DNA of 58,348 bases. Source: Sulfurimonadaceae bacterium. GTDB taxonomy: Bacteria > Campylobacterota > Campylobacteria > Campylobacterales > Sulfurimonadaceae. Under the pieces are notes generated by a model that saw nothing but the letters and a program-made list of their open reading frames with translations, was not told where the DNA came from and did not search any database. A program made the translations under genes and the position numbers. Within the stretch, counting starts at the first letter, position 1, and every line of letters begins with the position of its first letter. Positions 30,422 through 40,630 of this stretch are shown here, piece by piece. Location of the stretch: assembly GCA_034005815.1 (NCBI GenBank), contig JAVETY010000001.1, positions 1 through 58,348 on the forward strand. Direction: 5' to 3'.

Positions 30422-32056
30422 TTAAATCAAAGACTTCACCATCGTTATAGCTTCATCTTGAATCTCTTTTAGATGTGTAGCACTTATAAAACTCTCCGCA
30501 TATATCTTATAAATCGGTTCTGTTCCTGATGGACGCAGTGCAAACCAACCATTTTCACTTACCACTTTAAGTCCCCCTATCGCAGCATTATTTCCTGTTG
30601 CATGTGTGAGGATTTGTGTGATTTTCTCGCCTGCTAGAGTTGTTGCTTTGACATCTTCACGAGTGAGATTTTTTAGCTTTGCCATAATCTCCATAGTCGC
30701 TGGTGCATCGATGCGCTCATAAAGAGGTGCGCCATATTGTGCCACTAAATCTTTGTAATGTTCTCCCGCATCTTTTCCTGTTTTTGCAAGGATTTCTGCT
30801 GAGAGCAGTGTCATGATGATTCCATCTTTATCCGTCGTCCAAACAGTTCCATCTTTGCGTAAGAAGCTAGCACCCGCACTCTCTTCTCCACCAAAAAAGA
30901 GGGTTCCATTGTATAAACCATCTACAAACCATTTAAAGCCAACTGGAACTTCTACCACTTTTTTCTCTAAAGATTGCCCGACTCTATCTATCATTGAGCT
31001 ACTTACAAGTGTTTTTCCAATCCCTAAATCACTCTTCCATAGAGGTCTATTTTGCGCTAGATAATGAATCGCAACGGCAAGATAATGATTAGGATTCATA
31101 AGTCCAACACTCTTTGTTACAATCCCATGTCTATCAAAATCTGTATCATTTCCAAATGCGATATCAAAATTATCTTTGAGTGCTACAAGTCCTGCCATCG
31201 CATACGAAGAGGAGCAATCCATACGGATTTTTCCATCTTTATCACAGTGCATAAAAGAGAAAGTAAAATCTGCACTATCGTTAAAAATCTCCATATTAAG
31301 GTTATAGCGCTCTTTTATTGCTTTATAATATGCAAATCCAGAGCCACCCATCGCATCTGCACCAATTTTTATTTTAGACTTCGCTATAACATCCATATCG
31401 ATTACATTTTGTAAATCTTCTACATAAGGAGTGATATAGTCATGCTCTTTGACATGTACAGATTTGAGCGCCTCTGCAACGGAGAGTTTTTTGACACCTG
31501 AAAGATTATTTTGAAGTAATTCATTTGCTCTTTTTTCTATGATGCTTGTTACATCCGTGTCAGCTGGTCCACCGTGAGGAGGGTTGTATTTAAATCCTCC
31601 ATCGCTTGGAGGATTGTGTGATGGAGTTATAACAATACCATCACATAAGTTTTTACTCGTTTTATTGTGAATAAGTATGGCATGTGAGATTGCAGGTGTT
31701 GGGGTATATCCACCATCTTTGGCAATGGCTACATCTGCACCATTTGCTGCTAAAACTTGAAGTGCAGTGAGTTGTGCAGGGTGAGAAAGTGCGTGTGTAT
31801 CTATACCTAAAAAAAGAGTTCCATTTATATTATTTTTGGCGCGATATTCACATACTGCTTGAGTAATTGCTAATATATGGTCTTCGTTAAAACTATGAAG
31901 AAGAGAACTTCCTCTATGTCCAGACGTTCCAAAACTAACGAGCTGTGATTTGTTTGTAGTATCAGGTTTTTGGGTGTAATAAAGAGAGACAAGCTCTGCT
32001 ACATTGACTAAGATAGATTTTGGTGCAAGTTTTCCTGCGTTTGGGTGGATTGCCAT
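30422..32056 (-). CDS. pgm: Phosphoglucomutase
   Basis: [26 protein letters not shown] and RPSGTE motifs. Confidence 0.97.
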   Translation of the reverse strand: MAIHPNAGKLAPKSILVNVAELVSLYYTQKPDTTNKSQLVSFGTSGHRGSSLLHSFNEDHILAITQAVCEYRAKNNINGTLFLGIDTHALSHPAQLTALQVLAANGADVAIAKDGGYTPTPAISHAILIHNKTSKNLCDGIVITPSHNPPSDGGFKYNPPHGGPADTDVTSIIEKRANELLQNNLSGVKKLSVAEALKSVHVKEHDYITPYVEDLQNVIDMDVIAKSKIKIGADAMGGSGFAYYKAIKERYNLNMEIFNDSADFTFSFMHCDKDGKIRMDCSSSYAMAGLVALKDNFDIAFGNDTDFDRHGIVTKSVGLMNPNHYLAVAIHYLAQNRPLWKSDLGIGKTLVSSSMIDRVGQSLEKKVVEVPVGFKWFVDGLYNGTLFFGGEESAGASFLRKDGTVWTTDKDGIIMTLLSAEILAKTGKDAGEHYKDLVAQYGAPLYERIDAPATMEIMAKLKNLTREDVKATTLAGEKITQILTHATGNNAAIGGLKVVSENGWFALRPSGTEPIYKIYAESFISATHLKEIQDEAITMVKSLI

Positions 32057-32148
32057 ACGGACTCCTAATTGTAAGATGTATATACTATTATCTTACTAAA
32101 AAAAAGTAGTATTTATCCTTTAGGACGTGGTTTTTACACCTTTGTATT

Positions 32149-32742
32149 TTAGAGATATTTCTCTTTTATCATCTCTACAAACGCTTCACACTCTTTTTGC
32201 AAATGTTTGAGATCTTTTGAGTTATCAATCACCCAAGTAGCGCGTTTTTTTTTCTCTTCTATATCGATTTGTGATTCTATACGGCGGAGGGATTCCTCTT
32301 TTGTAAAACCATTACGTTTCATAAAACGCTCAAGCTGAATCTCTTTTGGTGTGTAAACCACCACACTCTCTTTGATAGGGTAGGAACCTTTTTCAAAAAA
32401 AAGCGGGATATCGATGAGGTAAGGAAAAGCAAATTTATCTTGCGCTTCTGAACGCATCTCTATCTCTTTTTTGATTTTTGGATGTAAAAAATCTTCTAAA
32501 GTCTTTTTCATTTGGGGACTTGAAAATATCAACATGCCAAGTTTTGAGCGGTTTACTTTTTTGCCATCAAGATACTCTTCTCCAAATGTTTCACGTACCC
32601 ACTCATACGAATCATCAAGTATCTCATGGGAAATTTTATCGGCATCGATAATGCGGATACCACCAAGATTTAAAAGCGATGCAACTGTACTTTTCCCAGT
32701 TGCAATCCCACCTGTAAGTGCTATTGCGTACGAGTACGCCAT
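32149..32742 (-). CDS. coaE: Dephospho-CoA kinase
   Basis: LTGGIATGKS, IDAD and DIPLFFE motifs. Confidence 0.96.
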   Translation of the reverse strand: MAYSYAIALTGGIATGKSTVASLLNLGGIRIIDADKISHEILDDSYEWVRETFGEEYLDGKKVNRSKLGMLIFSSPQMKKTLEDFLHPKIKKEIEMRSEAQDKFAFPYLIDIPLFFEKGSYPIKESVVVYTPKEIQLERFMKRNGFTKEESLRRIESQIDIEEKKKRATWVIDNSKDLKHLQKECEAFVEMIKEKYL

Positions 32743-33287
32743 TAGTTTTTAAAGAGGCCGAGGTATTGTTTTCTGATGCTATTGCCCATCGCAAATGCTG
32801 CTGGATGGATATCACAATTGTAGTGCTTTAAATCATCAAGCATATCTAAGCGGTGCAAAATTACATCCGCAGTTGGGTGGTAACTTTTTGAAGCCAGAAG
32901 AGCGGTTGCATCACCACTTATGTGGTATGGCATGATGATTTTAAAATAGTTTCCTAAAATTTGTAAGAGGTTTTTATTTGCTTCGCTATCCTCTAAAGAT
33001 GGATGTTTTGTAACTAAAAGTCCATCCTCTTTTAAAATACGATTGATATGTGCCAGCATTGCCGCATCACAAGAGAACTCACATATTATTACATCTATGC
33101 TTGCATCTGCACAACCACGAAGTGCTTCTAGAGTTGGTGCAATTGTATGTGTGTGCATCTCTTGATGTTTTTGTACTTCAGATACAAATGCGCTCGGATC
33201 AGAACTGATTAGAAGTATCTCTTTTGGATCCTTGTGCGTGCATAATGGCACATGCGTCATCATTTCAGAGTAGATAAATGGTTTCAT
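32742..33287 (-). CDS. Short spermidine synthase-like protein
   Basis: FIYSEMMTHVPLCTH resembles SpeE, but the glycine-rich dcSAM-binding loop is missing. Confidence 0.65.
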   Translation of the reverse strand: MKPFIYSEMMTHVPLCTHKDPKEILLISSDPSAFVSEVQKHQEMHTHTIAPTLEALRGCADASIDVIICEFSCDAAMLAHINRILKEDGLLVTKHPSLEDSEANKNLLQILGNYFKIIMPYHISGDATALLASKSYHPTADVILHRLDMLDDLKHYNCDIHPAAFAMGNSIRKQYLGLFKN

Positions 33288-33427
33288 TATAAAATTTCCT
33301 CAATTTAAAGTTGCGGCGATTGTAGCATATTTGATTTAAAAATAATTTATAAAACTTTTTGATACTTAATTATTAACTTAACTTATTATTGCTACAATCT
33401 TCTAAATTTTTTACAAGGGAACATGCC

Positions 33428-33628
33428 ATGAACTACAATAAAATAAGATCGTTTTGTAGAGTTTTTCGTATTATCTTAGGATTAGTACTTATCATAACAG
33501 GAGTTATTCAACTTGGAGCTATGCCTTATGCGGCTTGGTTTTTCTTAGGATTTATTCCATTAATCGCAGGAATTTTCAATATTTGTCCACTTTGTATGAT
33601 TACAAAAAAGTGTGATGTAATCAAATAA
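33428..33628 (+). CDS. DUF2892 (YgaP-like) small membrane protein
   Basis: RIILG, PLIAG and CPLC motifs. Confidence 0.8.
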   Translation: MNYNKIRSFCRVFRIILGLVLIITGVIQLGAMPYAAWFFLGFIPLIAGIFNICPLCMITKKCDVIK

Positions 33629-33641
33629 AACACCTTCACAA

Positions 33642-33667
33642 AAACCCTCTTTTTAGTAAGAGGGTTT
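33642..33667 (+). terminator. Intrinsic terminator-like hairpin
   Basis: AAACCCTCTT/AAGAGGGTTT stem. Confidence 0.7.
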
Positions 33668-33724
33668 AACACTTCTCTCAACTATCATACGCTACAATCC
33701 TACACTTTTTTTATGGAGCCTACA

Positions 33725-34723
33725 ATGAGCCAAATCAGCTATAAAGATGCTGGTGTCGATATAGACGCTGGAAATAGTTTTGTTGAAAACATCAAACCTT
33801 TCGTTAAATCTACAGCAATTCCAGGAGTTCTTGGAGGCATTGGTTCTTTTGCCGGAGCTTTTGAGCTTCCAAAAGGTTTTAAAGAACCTGTTTTACTTGC
33901 TGCAACTGATGGAGTTGGGACAAAACTAAAACTTGCAATTGACTCAGGTATCCACAACACGGTAGGGATTGACCTCGTGGCAATGTGTGTCAATGACCTC
34001 CTTTGTAACTTTGGAACGCCTTCATTCTTTCTTGATTATTATGCAACAGGCAAACTTGATGTAAAAGCTGCAACAGATGTTGTAGCTGGAATCGCAGAGG
34101 GTTGTAGACAAGCAGAGTGCGCACTAATCGGTGGTGAAACTGCTGAGATGCCAGGGATGTATCATAATGATGATTACGATTTAGCTGGATTTGCTGTAGG
34201 TGTTGCAGAAAAATCTGAGATGGACCGCATTTCTCTCGTACAAGCTGGATATAAACTGATAGCACTTCCAAGCTCAGGACTTCACTCCAATGGTTTTTCT
34301 CTTGCTAGAAAAGTATTGTTTGAGAAAATGGGTATGAAGTTTGAGGATAAAGTGGGTGATAAAACACTTATCAAAACACTTTTAGAGCCAACACGTATCT
34401 ATGTGAAAACATTTAAAGAGCTAAAAGATAAAATCGTAGCTCTCGCACATATCACAGGTGGCGGAATCGTAGAAAATCTTCCACGTGTACTACCAGAAAA
34501 CCTAAGAGCAGAGATACAAAAAGATGCGATTAAAGTACTTCCAATCTTCAAACTTATGTCTGAACATGTAGCTGAAGCGGAAATGTACCGCGCATTTAAT
34601 ATGGGTATCGGAATGGTTTTAGTTGTAAAACCTGAGGATGTGGAGGCTGTTTTAGCACAAGCGAAAGATGCATACCTGATAGGTGAGATTGTTTCTGGAA
34701 AAAGAGAAGCAGTTTTACTCTAA
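33725..34723 (+). CDS. purM: Phosphoribosylformylglycinamidine cyclo-ligase (AIR synthase)
   Basis: YKDAGVD, TDGVGTK, GGETAEMPG, SSGLHSNG and HITGGG motifs. Confidence 0.98.
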   Translation: MSQISYKDAGVDIDAGNSFVENIKPFVKSTAIPGVLGGIGSFAGAFELPKGFKEPVLLAATDGVGTKLKLAIDSGIHNTVGIDLVAMCVNDLLCNFGTPSFFLDYYATGKLDVKAATDVVAGIAEGCRQAECALIGGETAEMPGMYHNDDYDLAGFAVGVAEKSEMDRISLVQAGYKLIALPSSGLHSNGFSLARKVLFEKMGMKFEDKVGDKTLIKTLLEPTRIYVKTFKELKDKIVALAHITGGGIVENLPRVLPENLRAEIQKDAIKVLPIFKLMSEHVAEAEMYRAFNMGIGMVLVVKPEDVEAVLAQAKDAYLIGEIVSGKREAVLL

Positions 34724-34729
34724 AAATAT

Positions 34730-34755
34730 ATGGCATGTCAACGATGACATGCCAT
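34730..34755. terminator. Perfect hairpin of two inverted ATGGCATGTCA copies between convergent purM and modE
   Basis: ATGGCATGTCA-ACGA-TGACATGCCAT. Confidence 0.8.
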
Positions 34756-35546
34756 TACACAAGCCCCAAAATAACACTACTTGCTTTACAAAAAGCGATA
34801 ACTTCACTTCCATTTTTTATCCCTAAACTTTCTAAAGATTCATTTGTAAGAGTTGCACAAAGTGTATTTGCACCTTTTAGTTCTATTATCACTTCACTAT
34901 TAACACTTCCTTCGCTTATACGAGACACTTTACCCTCTAAACGATTTCTGCTACTAATACGAAGATTAGTATCTACCCCAAGCATTACGGCGCTTGATTT
35001 AAACAAAGCATAGGCATCTAAGTCAATACGCAAATCTAGTAAATCTATCGATTCATTGGTTACAACTGCGGTGATAGTATCTCCACCACTTAGTTTTAAT
35101 ACAACTTCACTATGGACACTTCCTTTGTGAATCATCACGATGCGCCCTAGAAGCTGATTCCTCGCACTCACACGCATGCTCATACTATCAATAAAGCGAA
35201 GATGCCCTGATGTATCATTGATGCGTAAAGAGAGATTATTTAAAAAGCGTTCGTGCTCTTCGTGGATAACTTTATAGGTATCAATAAGCTTTTTAGCGTA
35301 AGGTGTAAGAGATGTTCCACCTCCACCCTTGCCACCTACGATTCTCTCTACGAGTGGTTCTTCGGCGAGGTTGTTCATAGCATCTAAAGCATCCCAAGCT
35401 GCTTTATAACCCATCTTCATCTCTTTTGCTGCCTTGGATATGGATCCAGTAGCATCGATACGCTCTAGAAGCTCTATACGACCTTTGCCCAAAAAACTAT
35501 GGTCTGATTTACTAAGCCACAATCTTCCATCAATACTATTTTGCAT
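34755..35546 (-). CDS. modE: Molybdate-responsive regulator ModE (wHTH plus TOBE/Mop domains)
   Basis: GSISKAAK.M.MGYKAAW, GGKGGGG and SARNQL/SSRNRL motifs. Confidence 0.95.
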   Translation of the reverse strand: MQNSIDGRLWLSKSDHSFLGKGRIELLERIDATGSISKAAKEMKMGYKAAWDALDAMNNLAEEPLVERIVGGKGGGGTSLTPYAKKLIDTYKVIHEEHERFLNNLSLRINDTSGHLRFIDSMSMRVSARNQLLGRIVMIHKGSVHSEVVLKLSGGDTITAVVTNESIDLLDLRIDLDAYALFKSSAVMLGVDTNLRISSRNRLEGKVSRISEGSVNSEVIIELKGANTLCATLTNESLESLGIKNGSEVIAFCKASSVILGLV

Positions 35547-35610
35547 AATCTCTCTTTATATAATTTTTAAATCTTGTAGAAAAATATATTTTTTGAACTA
35601 TGTATCTCTT

Positions 35611-36774
35611 CTAAAAGAGATAGTTGAGTTGTACACTAAAGCTAGATTGGCTATGTTTTGCTTCGATTTTGCGTGTAGTAGCGCCATCTGGATTATATAC
35701 ATCTGCACTTTGTTTTGTCTCGAGTGCGTGTACATATGCCCCATCTAATGAAACTATAGGGCTAAAGTGGTACGTTGCGCCAACTGTAATATGCGATTCC
35801 ACAATTGCTGGAAAACCTAAAAGGTTGAGAGTGTTTTCTAAGCTGTATGCTAAGCCTCTATCTTTTATAGGAGATTTTGCGTAGTTATAGCCTAAACGTA
35901 GTGCGTAGTCCTCTGCATCAAACATATATCCAAAAGCAAATACATTTTGGTTTTCCCATAGAAAATCTTTATATCCTTTTGCATCTGCAAAGCGTAGTTG
36001 TTTATAATCAAATGCAAAAATATTTTTATCATATTTATAACTTATTCCCAAACCGATTTCAGCTGGTGTTGAAAGAGTGTCATTAGTATATATAACTCCA
36101 AATCCACCCATAGCTTTTGATAATTGTGACGTATATTCCATATCAATTTGTGATTTGTACATAAGACCAAACGTAAAATCATCGTAATGTATTGCAGCTC
36201 CAATGTTGTATCCAAGTGCTAAGTCTTGCGAAACTCCTGAACCAACATTACCTGCAGGTGTTTCATAGTTGATATCTAAAGAACCATATTGGATAACAGG
36301 AGTGATGGAAAGACTAAACATATCTTGTTTATAAGCAAGAGGAACTCCAAACTGCATAAGTTGCAAATTTGTAACCATCGCAAAATTATCTGTATGACTT
36401 CTATAATCGACACCCATTCCAGCTGTGCCCCACATGCCAATACCAAAATAAAAATGCTCATTCACACGAGTAGCCAAAGAGATTTCAGGGATAATATTCA
36501 TATCCGCTTTACTCTTATAACTCCCACCTCCCATTCCATTATCAAAAGTGACATCAGGCATAAAGAGTGTAGCTCCAATGGAGATTTCAGTCTTATCTAC
36601 AGAGGTAATAAGTGCACCATTAGATAAACCAGACTCTGCACCATGACTATAGCCTATACCAATCCCACCCATTCCCCGAGCTTTAGAACCGAGCCCTATA
36701 AGATTGGAACCATTCGTTGCGAAAAGGCTTGTGAAGGAAAAAAGAGAGATGAGTAGAAGATGTTTAATATTCAT
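35611..36774 (-). CDS. OmpP1/FadL-family outer-membrane transport protein
   Basis: ATNG..LIG.G..ARGMGG; YALRLGYNY; C-terminal Phe. Confidence 0.85.
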   Translation of the reverse strand: MNIKHLLLISLFSFTSLFATNGSNLIGLGSKARGMGGIGIGYSHGAESGLSNGALITSVDKTEISIGATLFMPDVTFDNGMGGGSYKSKADMNIIPEISLATRVNEHFYFGIGMWGTAGMGVDYRSHTDNFAMVTNLQLMQFGVPLAYKQDMFSLSITPVIQYGSLDINYETPAGNVGSGVSQDLALGYNIGAAIHYDDFTFGLMYKSQIDMEYTSQLSKAMGGFGVIYTNDTLSTPAEIGLGISYKYDKNIFAFDYKQLRFADAKGYKDFLWENQNVFAFGYMFDAEDYALRLGYNYAKSPIKDRGLAYSLENTLNLLGFPAIVESHITVGATYHFSPIVSLDGAYVHALETKQSADVYNPDGATTRKIEAKHSQSSFSVQLNYLF

Positions 36775-36905
36775 AAGAATTCCTAATAATGGAGAATAGA
36801 GTTATTATAAACTAGGAGAGTTAAAAAGATATTAAATATGAGTATAAATAAGTACAATTTTCTTATTACTAGTTGGAATGTATAATTTTTGAAGAGATGG
36901 AAAAT

Positions 36906-36981
36906 TGGTGGAGTATAGCAGGATCGAACTGCTGACCTCTTCACTGCCAGCGAAGCGCTCTCCCATCTGAGCTAATACCCC
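36906..36981 (-). tRNA. tRNA-Ala (GGC)
   Basis: 76-nt cloverleaf; anticodon arm CTTCG-CTGGCAG-TGAAG; G3:U70; encoded CCA. Confidence 0.97.
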
Positions 36982-37020
36982 AAAGTGGTTATGACATGTC
37001 ATTATTTTGGATTGTGTAAA

Positions 37021-37097
<77 letters not shown>

Positions 37098-37169
37098 GTT
37101 TGAAGAGAATCATTATATAAAAAATAAGCTAATAATGCAAGTGTTTTGATAATGAATGTTTATAACATG

Positions 37170-37823
37170 TCATAAACGAAACTTCTCAAAAAGCTTTCTT
37201 TTACCTGTTTGTATCTCAACCGTCTCAATAGTGTTTGATTTTTTAAATTTGCGGTAGAGCATATACTGAAAATAGAGAGCAATAATCCCTATAAGACTCA
37301 GATAAATAAGAAGGCTAGGGAGTTTGATATCAAGTGCGTCAGCTATCATCGCACTAAGCCCTCCAAATACAATCGCACCGGAAATCATAAGAGAACGTAT
37401 CATCAGATAGTCTTTGAGACTTACTGCTTCCTCTTGCATAAAATCGGTCGTATGGATACGCGCTATCTCAAAAGTAATTCCCTGAATTGTAAAAATTGTG
37501 AGGATAAGATAGGTAAAACCGATAACACTAAAATCATAAAAAAAGTAGCTAATCATCTGAATGATGTCTAAGAGAATCGCGAAAAGATAGATATGATGGA
37601 GCTTAATACGGTTAAAAAATGGCTGTATAAACCCATCAAGTGCGCCTATAAGCATAAAAAAACTAATCATATAAACAGGTAGATATGTTCCTTCGAGCTT
37701 GGTGATAAAAGGCATAAGTGTCCAGTCTATATACGTGGTGAAGAATATAGCAAAAGCTTGAAGACGGAGAAGTTTACTTTTTTTTATTTCTCTAAAAAGA
37801 GATTGGTACTGCAACATCGGCAC
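37170..37823 (-). CDS. Hypothetical membrane protein (about 6 TM)
   Basis: Hydrophobic 217-aa ORF downstream of the Bfd-like gene. Confidence 0.7.
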   Translation of the reverse strand: MPMLQYQSLFREIKKSKLLRLQAFAIFFTTYIDWTLMPFITKLEGTYLPVYMISFFMLIGALDGFIQPFFNRIKLHHIYLFAILLDIIQMISYFFYDFSVIGFTYLILTIFTIQGITFEIARIHTTDFMQEEAVSLKDYLMIRSLMISGAIVFGGLSAMIADALDIKLPSLLIYLSLIGIIALYFQYMLYRKFKKSNTIETVEIQTGKRKLFEKFRL

Positions 37824-37894
37824 GTTGTGTTCCTCTTGGAGCTAGAAATTACAAGAAATTGTATCGCTTTTTCTAGCTTTCAGAGGAGGGAAAT

Positions 37895-38092
37895 TTATTT
37901 GAGCTCGAGAAGAGCCTTTTTGATTGCTAAAGGTAGAGGGAGTTCTACTTTTTCACACTCCTCTTCGAGACAACAGCTACACGCTAAGCCTGCTTCTGTT
38001 GCATTTTGGATCGCCTCTCTATTATCACCATATTTTGTAACTGCTTCTTTTATGGTTTCATAATATATATCTTCACAATCACACACTAACAT
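37895..38092 (-). CDS. BFD-like [2Fe-2S]-binding protein
   Basis: VCDC...AGLACSCC spacing. Confidence 0.8.
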   Translation of the reverse strand: MLVCDCEDIYYETIKEAVTKYGDNREAIQNATEAGLACSCCLEEECEKVELPLPLAIKKALLELK

Positions 38093-38599
38093 CTAACAAT
38101 TCACTTCTATAAAAGAGGTTCCTTTGACACCACAAATAGGGCATTTTTCAGGTGGTGTACCGATTTCGATGTAACCACAAACAGGGCAGAGGTAGATACC
38201 TAGTGCAGCATCAATATCTTTACCACTTTGTACTGCTTCGAGAGCTTTTTTATAAAGGTCTGCGTGAACTTTTTCTGCTTCAAGCGCATAACCAAACATT
38301 TTTTTTGCTTTATGGTTCTCTTTGACCGCTTGTTCATACATAGCTGGATACATGTCATCATACTCGTAAGTCTCACCACTGATAGCAGCTTCAAGATTTT
38401 CTACAGTTGAGCCTACTTTTTCCATTGCATTTAAGTGTCCCTCTGCATGGATACGCTCTGCGGCTGCTGTTGTTTCAAAAAGTTTTGCTATATTTGTAAA
38501 TCCATCTTTTCTTGCTTTTTTAGCAAAAGCCATATATTTTTGATACGCTTCACTCTCCCCGCAAAATGCAGTTTTTAAGTTTTCTAATGTTGTTGGCAT
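38093..38599 (-). CDS. rbr: Rubrerythrin
   Basis: GES.A...Y, E..HA (twice), GE..E; rubredoxin-type CPVCG and CPICG. Confidence 0.95.
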   Translation of the reverse strand: MPTTLENLKTAFCGESEAYQKYMAFAKKARKDGFTNIAKLFETTAAAERIHAEGHLNAMEKVGSTVENLEAAISGETYEYDDMYPAMYEQAVKENHKAKKMFGYALEAEKVHADLYKKALEAVQSGKDIDAALGIYLCPVCGYIEIGTPPEKCPICGVKGTSFIEVNC

Positions 38600-38660
38600 G
38601 GCAGTTCCTTTTTATTTTGGTATATGATTATTGTAGCAATAGTTTATAAAAAAACAGTTA

Positions 38661-39872
38661 TTAGCTCTTTTTGGAAGATGTGCCAAGGAGCTCTAAAGAG
38701 ATTTTATAGATTTGCTCCTCTTGGCTCTCTAGAAGATTCCAGCAGTAGTGATTTGCAAGAGTTTTAGCAATTTGTAAACCTTTTCCTGTTGCATCAATAA
38801 GTGTATGTTTCTCTTTTGCGATGTTATTTTGTAAAGAGAAAACACCATTTTCATAGGAGAGCAAAATAGTAGAGTCTTTTTCTGAGTAATTGATACTATT
38901 TTCTATAAGTATTCGTAATACACGCATGATTGCTAATTTTGGAAGTGTCATCGTGATTGTTTTTTTCATAGATATATCAAATGTAAGCTCTTTATGAAGA
39001 GAAAGCGGTCTTAAATCAGCTAAAAGTTCCTCTATCTCTTTATAAAGATTGATTTTATCCATCGCTTCATGGTTTTCTCTGGAGTGAAGAATTTGTGTGA
39101 TTTTTTTAGAAATAGTATCTATCTCTTCTCTTGCTTCTTCTATACTCTCTTTTTTCCAATCACCTTTTTGGTCTGCTAGGTCTATACGAAGTCGTAGTTG
39201 TGCGAGTGGAGTTTTGAGCTCGTGGGTAAGTGCTTTCATAGATTCTTGTTGTGCATTTTGTAAGCGGCTTATCCGTTGTTGTAAGGTTGCTATCGCATCA
39301 CGAAGGGCAACGATTTCTACTCCACCGTGTACCTTATCGGGTACTTTTTCTGGATTATCACATGTGAGACAATGCTCCACAAGTTGGCTTAGTGGTGCAA
39401 AAAGATGGCGTACTAATACATAGATAAGTCCACTAGTAAATAAAAAGCCAAAAACAAAAAATATCCACCGTTTTGTGATGATATCCACAAGTTCAGCATC
39501 TATTTTTTTAGTAGAAGAACTAAGAATAAGAAAGCGTCCATCTTCCAATAGTTTTGATTTTTGAAGTCTTGTTTCTGTAGGCTCTGCTACAGTTGTCATT
39601 ATCTCTATGTTTAAATCATCCAAAAGACCACCATCTAAAAAACCTTGTAATTGAGGATTTTTAGAGATAGTTTTTTTGAGCTCGTCATCCCATTCGTTGA
39701 GGTTATACTCGATAACAATCATATTACTAAGAAGTGAAAGACTGCGGTTAAGACATCGTTGCATATGTTGGTAATAAATATCTGCTAACCCATAACCAAA
39801 GATACCCACAGAAACGATAGTCATTCCCAAAGAGACGGCAAGGATACGACTTTTAAGTGTTTTTAAGAGCAT
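38661..39872 (-). CDS. Sensor histidine kinase (two TM, HAMP-like linker containing CxxC)
   Basis: THELKTPL H-box, ENSINY N-box, GKGL. Confidence 0.92.
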   Translation of the reverse strand: MLLKTLKSRILAVSLGMTIVSVGIFGYGLADIYYQHMQRCLNRSLSLLSNMIVIEYNLNEWDDELKKTISKNPQLQGFLDGGLLDDLNIEIMTTVAEPTETRLQKSKLLEDGRFLILSSSTKKIDAELVDIITKRWIFFVFGFLFTSGLIYVLVRHLFAPLSQLVEHCLTCDNPEKVPDKVHGGVEIVALRDAIATLQQRISRLQNAQQESMKALTHELKTPLAQLRLRIDLADQKGDWKKESIEEAREEIDTISKKITQILHSRENHEAMDKINLYKEIEELLADLRPLSLHKELTFDISMKKTITMTLPKLAIMRVLRILIENSINYSEKDSTILLSYENGVFSLQNNIAKEKHTLIDATGKGLQIAKTLANHYCWNLLESQEEQIYKISLELLGTSSKKS

Positions 39873-40503
39873 AACCCCTGCCTTTCATGGTTTCTATTGG
39901 GTTTATAGGAAGTTTTTTTCTTATGTTTTTGATTATCGCATCGATTGTATTTGAATTTGTGGCACTTGGGTCACTATAGATAGCGTTGGCAATATCATCA
40001 CGCGAGAAAACTTTATCTGGGTGCGAAGCTAAAAAGAAAAGTAAATCATGCTCTTTTTTAGAGAGTGTAAGACTTACGTCTTCGTAGGTGAGTAAACCAT
40101 GTTTTATATTGATATGGAGCCCATCTAGTTCGAGTAGATCAGGTGCGTGTCGTTTGATAAGCACATCAATGCGCATCTTGAGCTCACGTAAATCGTAAGG
40201 TTTCTCTATATAATCATCTGCTCCCGCACTTAAACCTGCTATACGCTCTTCTACCCCTCCATACGCGCTTGCTATTATTATGGCACATGCCGGTTGTGAT
40301 TTTTTAAGTTTAGGGATGAGCAGCATCCCCTCATCACTGCCATCAAGGTCTCTATCGAGTAAAACTGCTTCATAGGTGAAACTCTCTATAAACTCTAGTC
40401 CCTCATCTAAAGAACTTGCCGTATCTATCGTATAAAACTGCTCTAAGGCATCCTTGAGCATAGTTTTCATTTTTTTGTCATCTTCTAGGATTAATATTCT
40501 CAT
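39853..40503 (-). CDS. OmpR-family response regulator
   Basis: LEDD, LLD, GADDYIEKP and IETMKGRGY motifs. Confidence 0.95.
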   Translation of the reverse strand: MRILILEDDKKMKTMLKDALEQFYTIDTASSLDEGLEFIESFTYEAVLLDRDLDGSDEGMLLIPKLKKSQPACAIIIASAYGGVEERIAGLSAGADDYIEKPYDLRELKMRIDVLIKRHAPDLLELDGLHINIKHGLLTYEDVSLTLSKKEHDLLFFLASHPDKVFSRDDIANAIYSDPSATNSNTIDAIIKNIRKKLPINPIETMKGRGYALKNT

Positions 40504-40630
40504 GGCATCTATTGTAATTCATAATGTATAAATTATTGATTTAATCATCAAAAAGTTATCACATTTGTCATGATTTTTTCATTTTGCATCGCTACAATAC
40601 AAAGGTAATCAAAAAAAGGGAGAAATAATT

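Noticed and set aside
36989-37003. matS-like site (GTGACRNYGTCAC) as the explanation for the iterated motif
   Set aside because: Only a partial resemblance; the dominant motif is non-palindromic with different spacing. Kept only as an alternative class of explanation.
40541-40590. OmpR/PhoB-type tandem boxes (TCA-ending repeats) in the divergent promoter
   Set aside because: Irregular spacing (11, 9, 11) and low information content in AT-rich DNA
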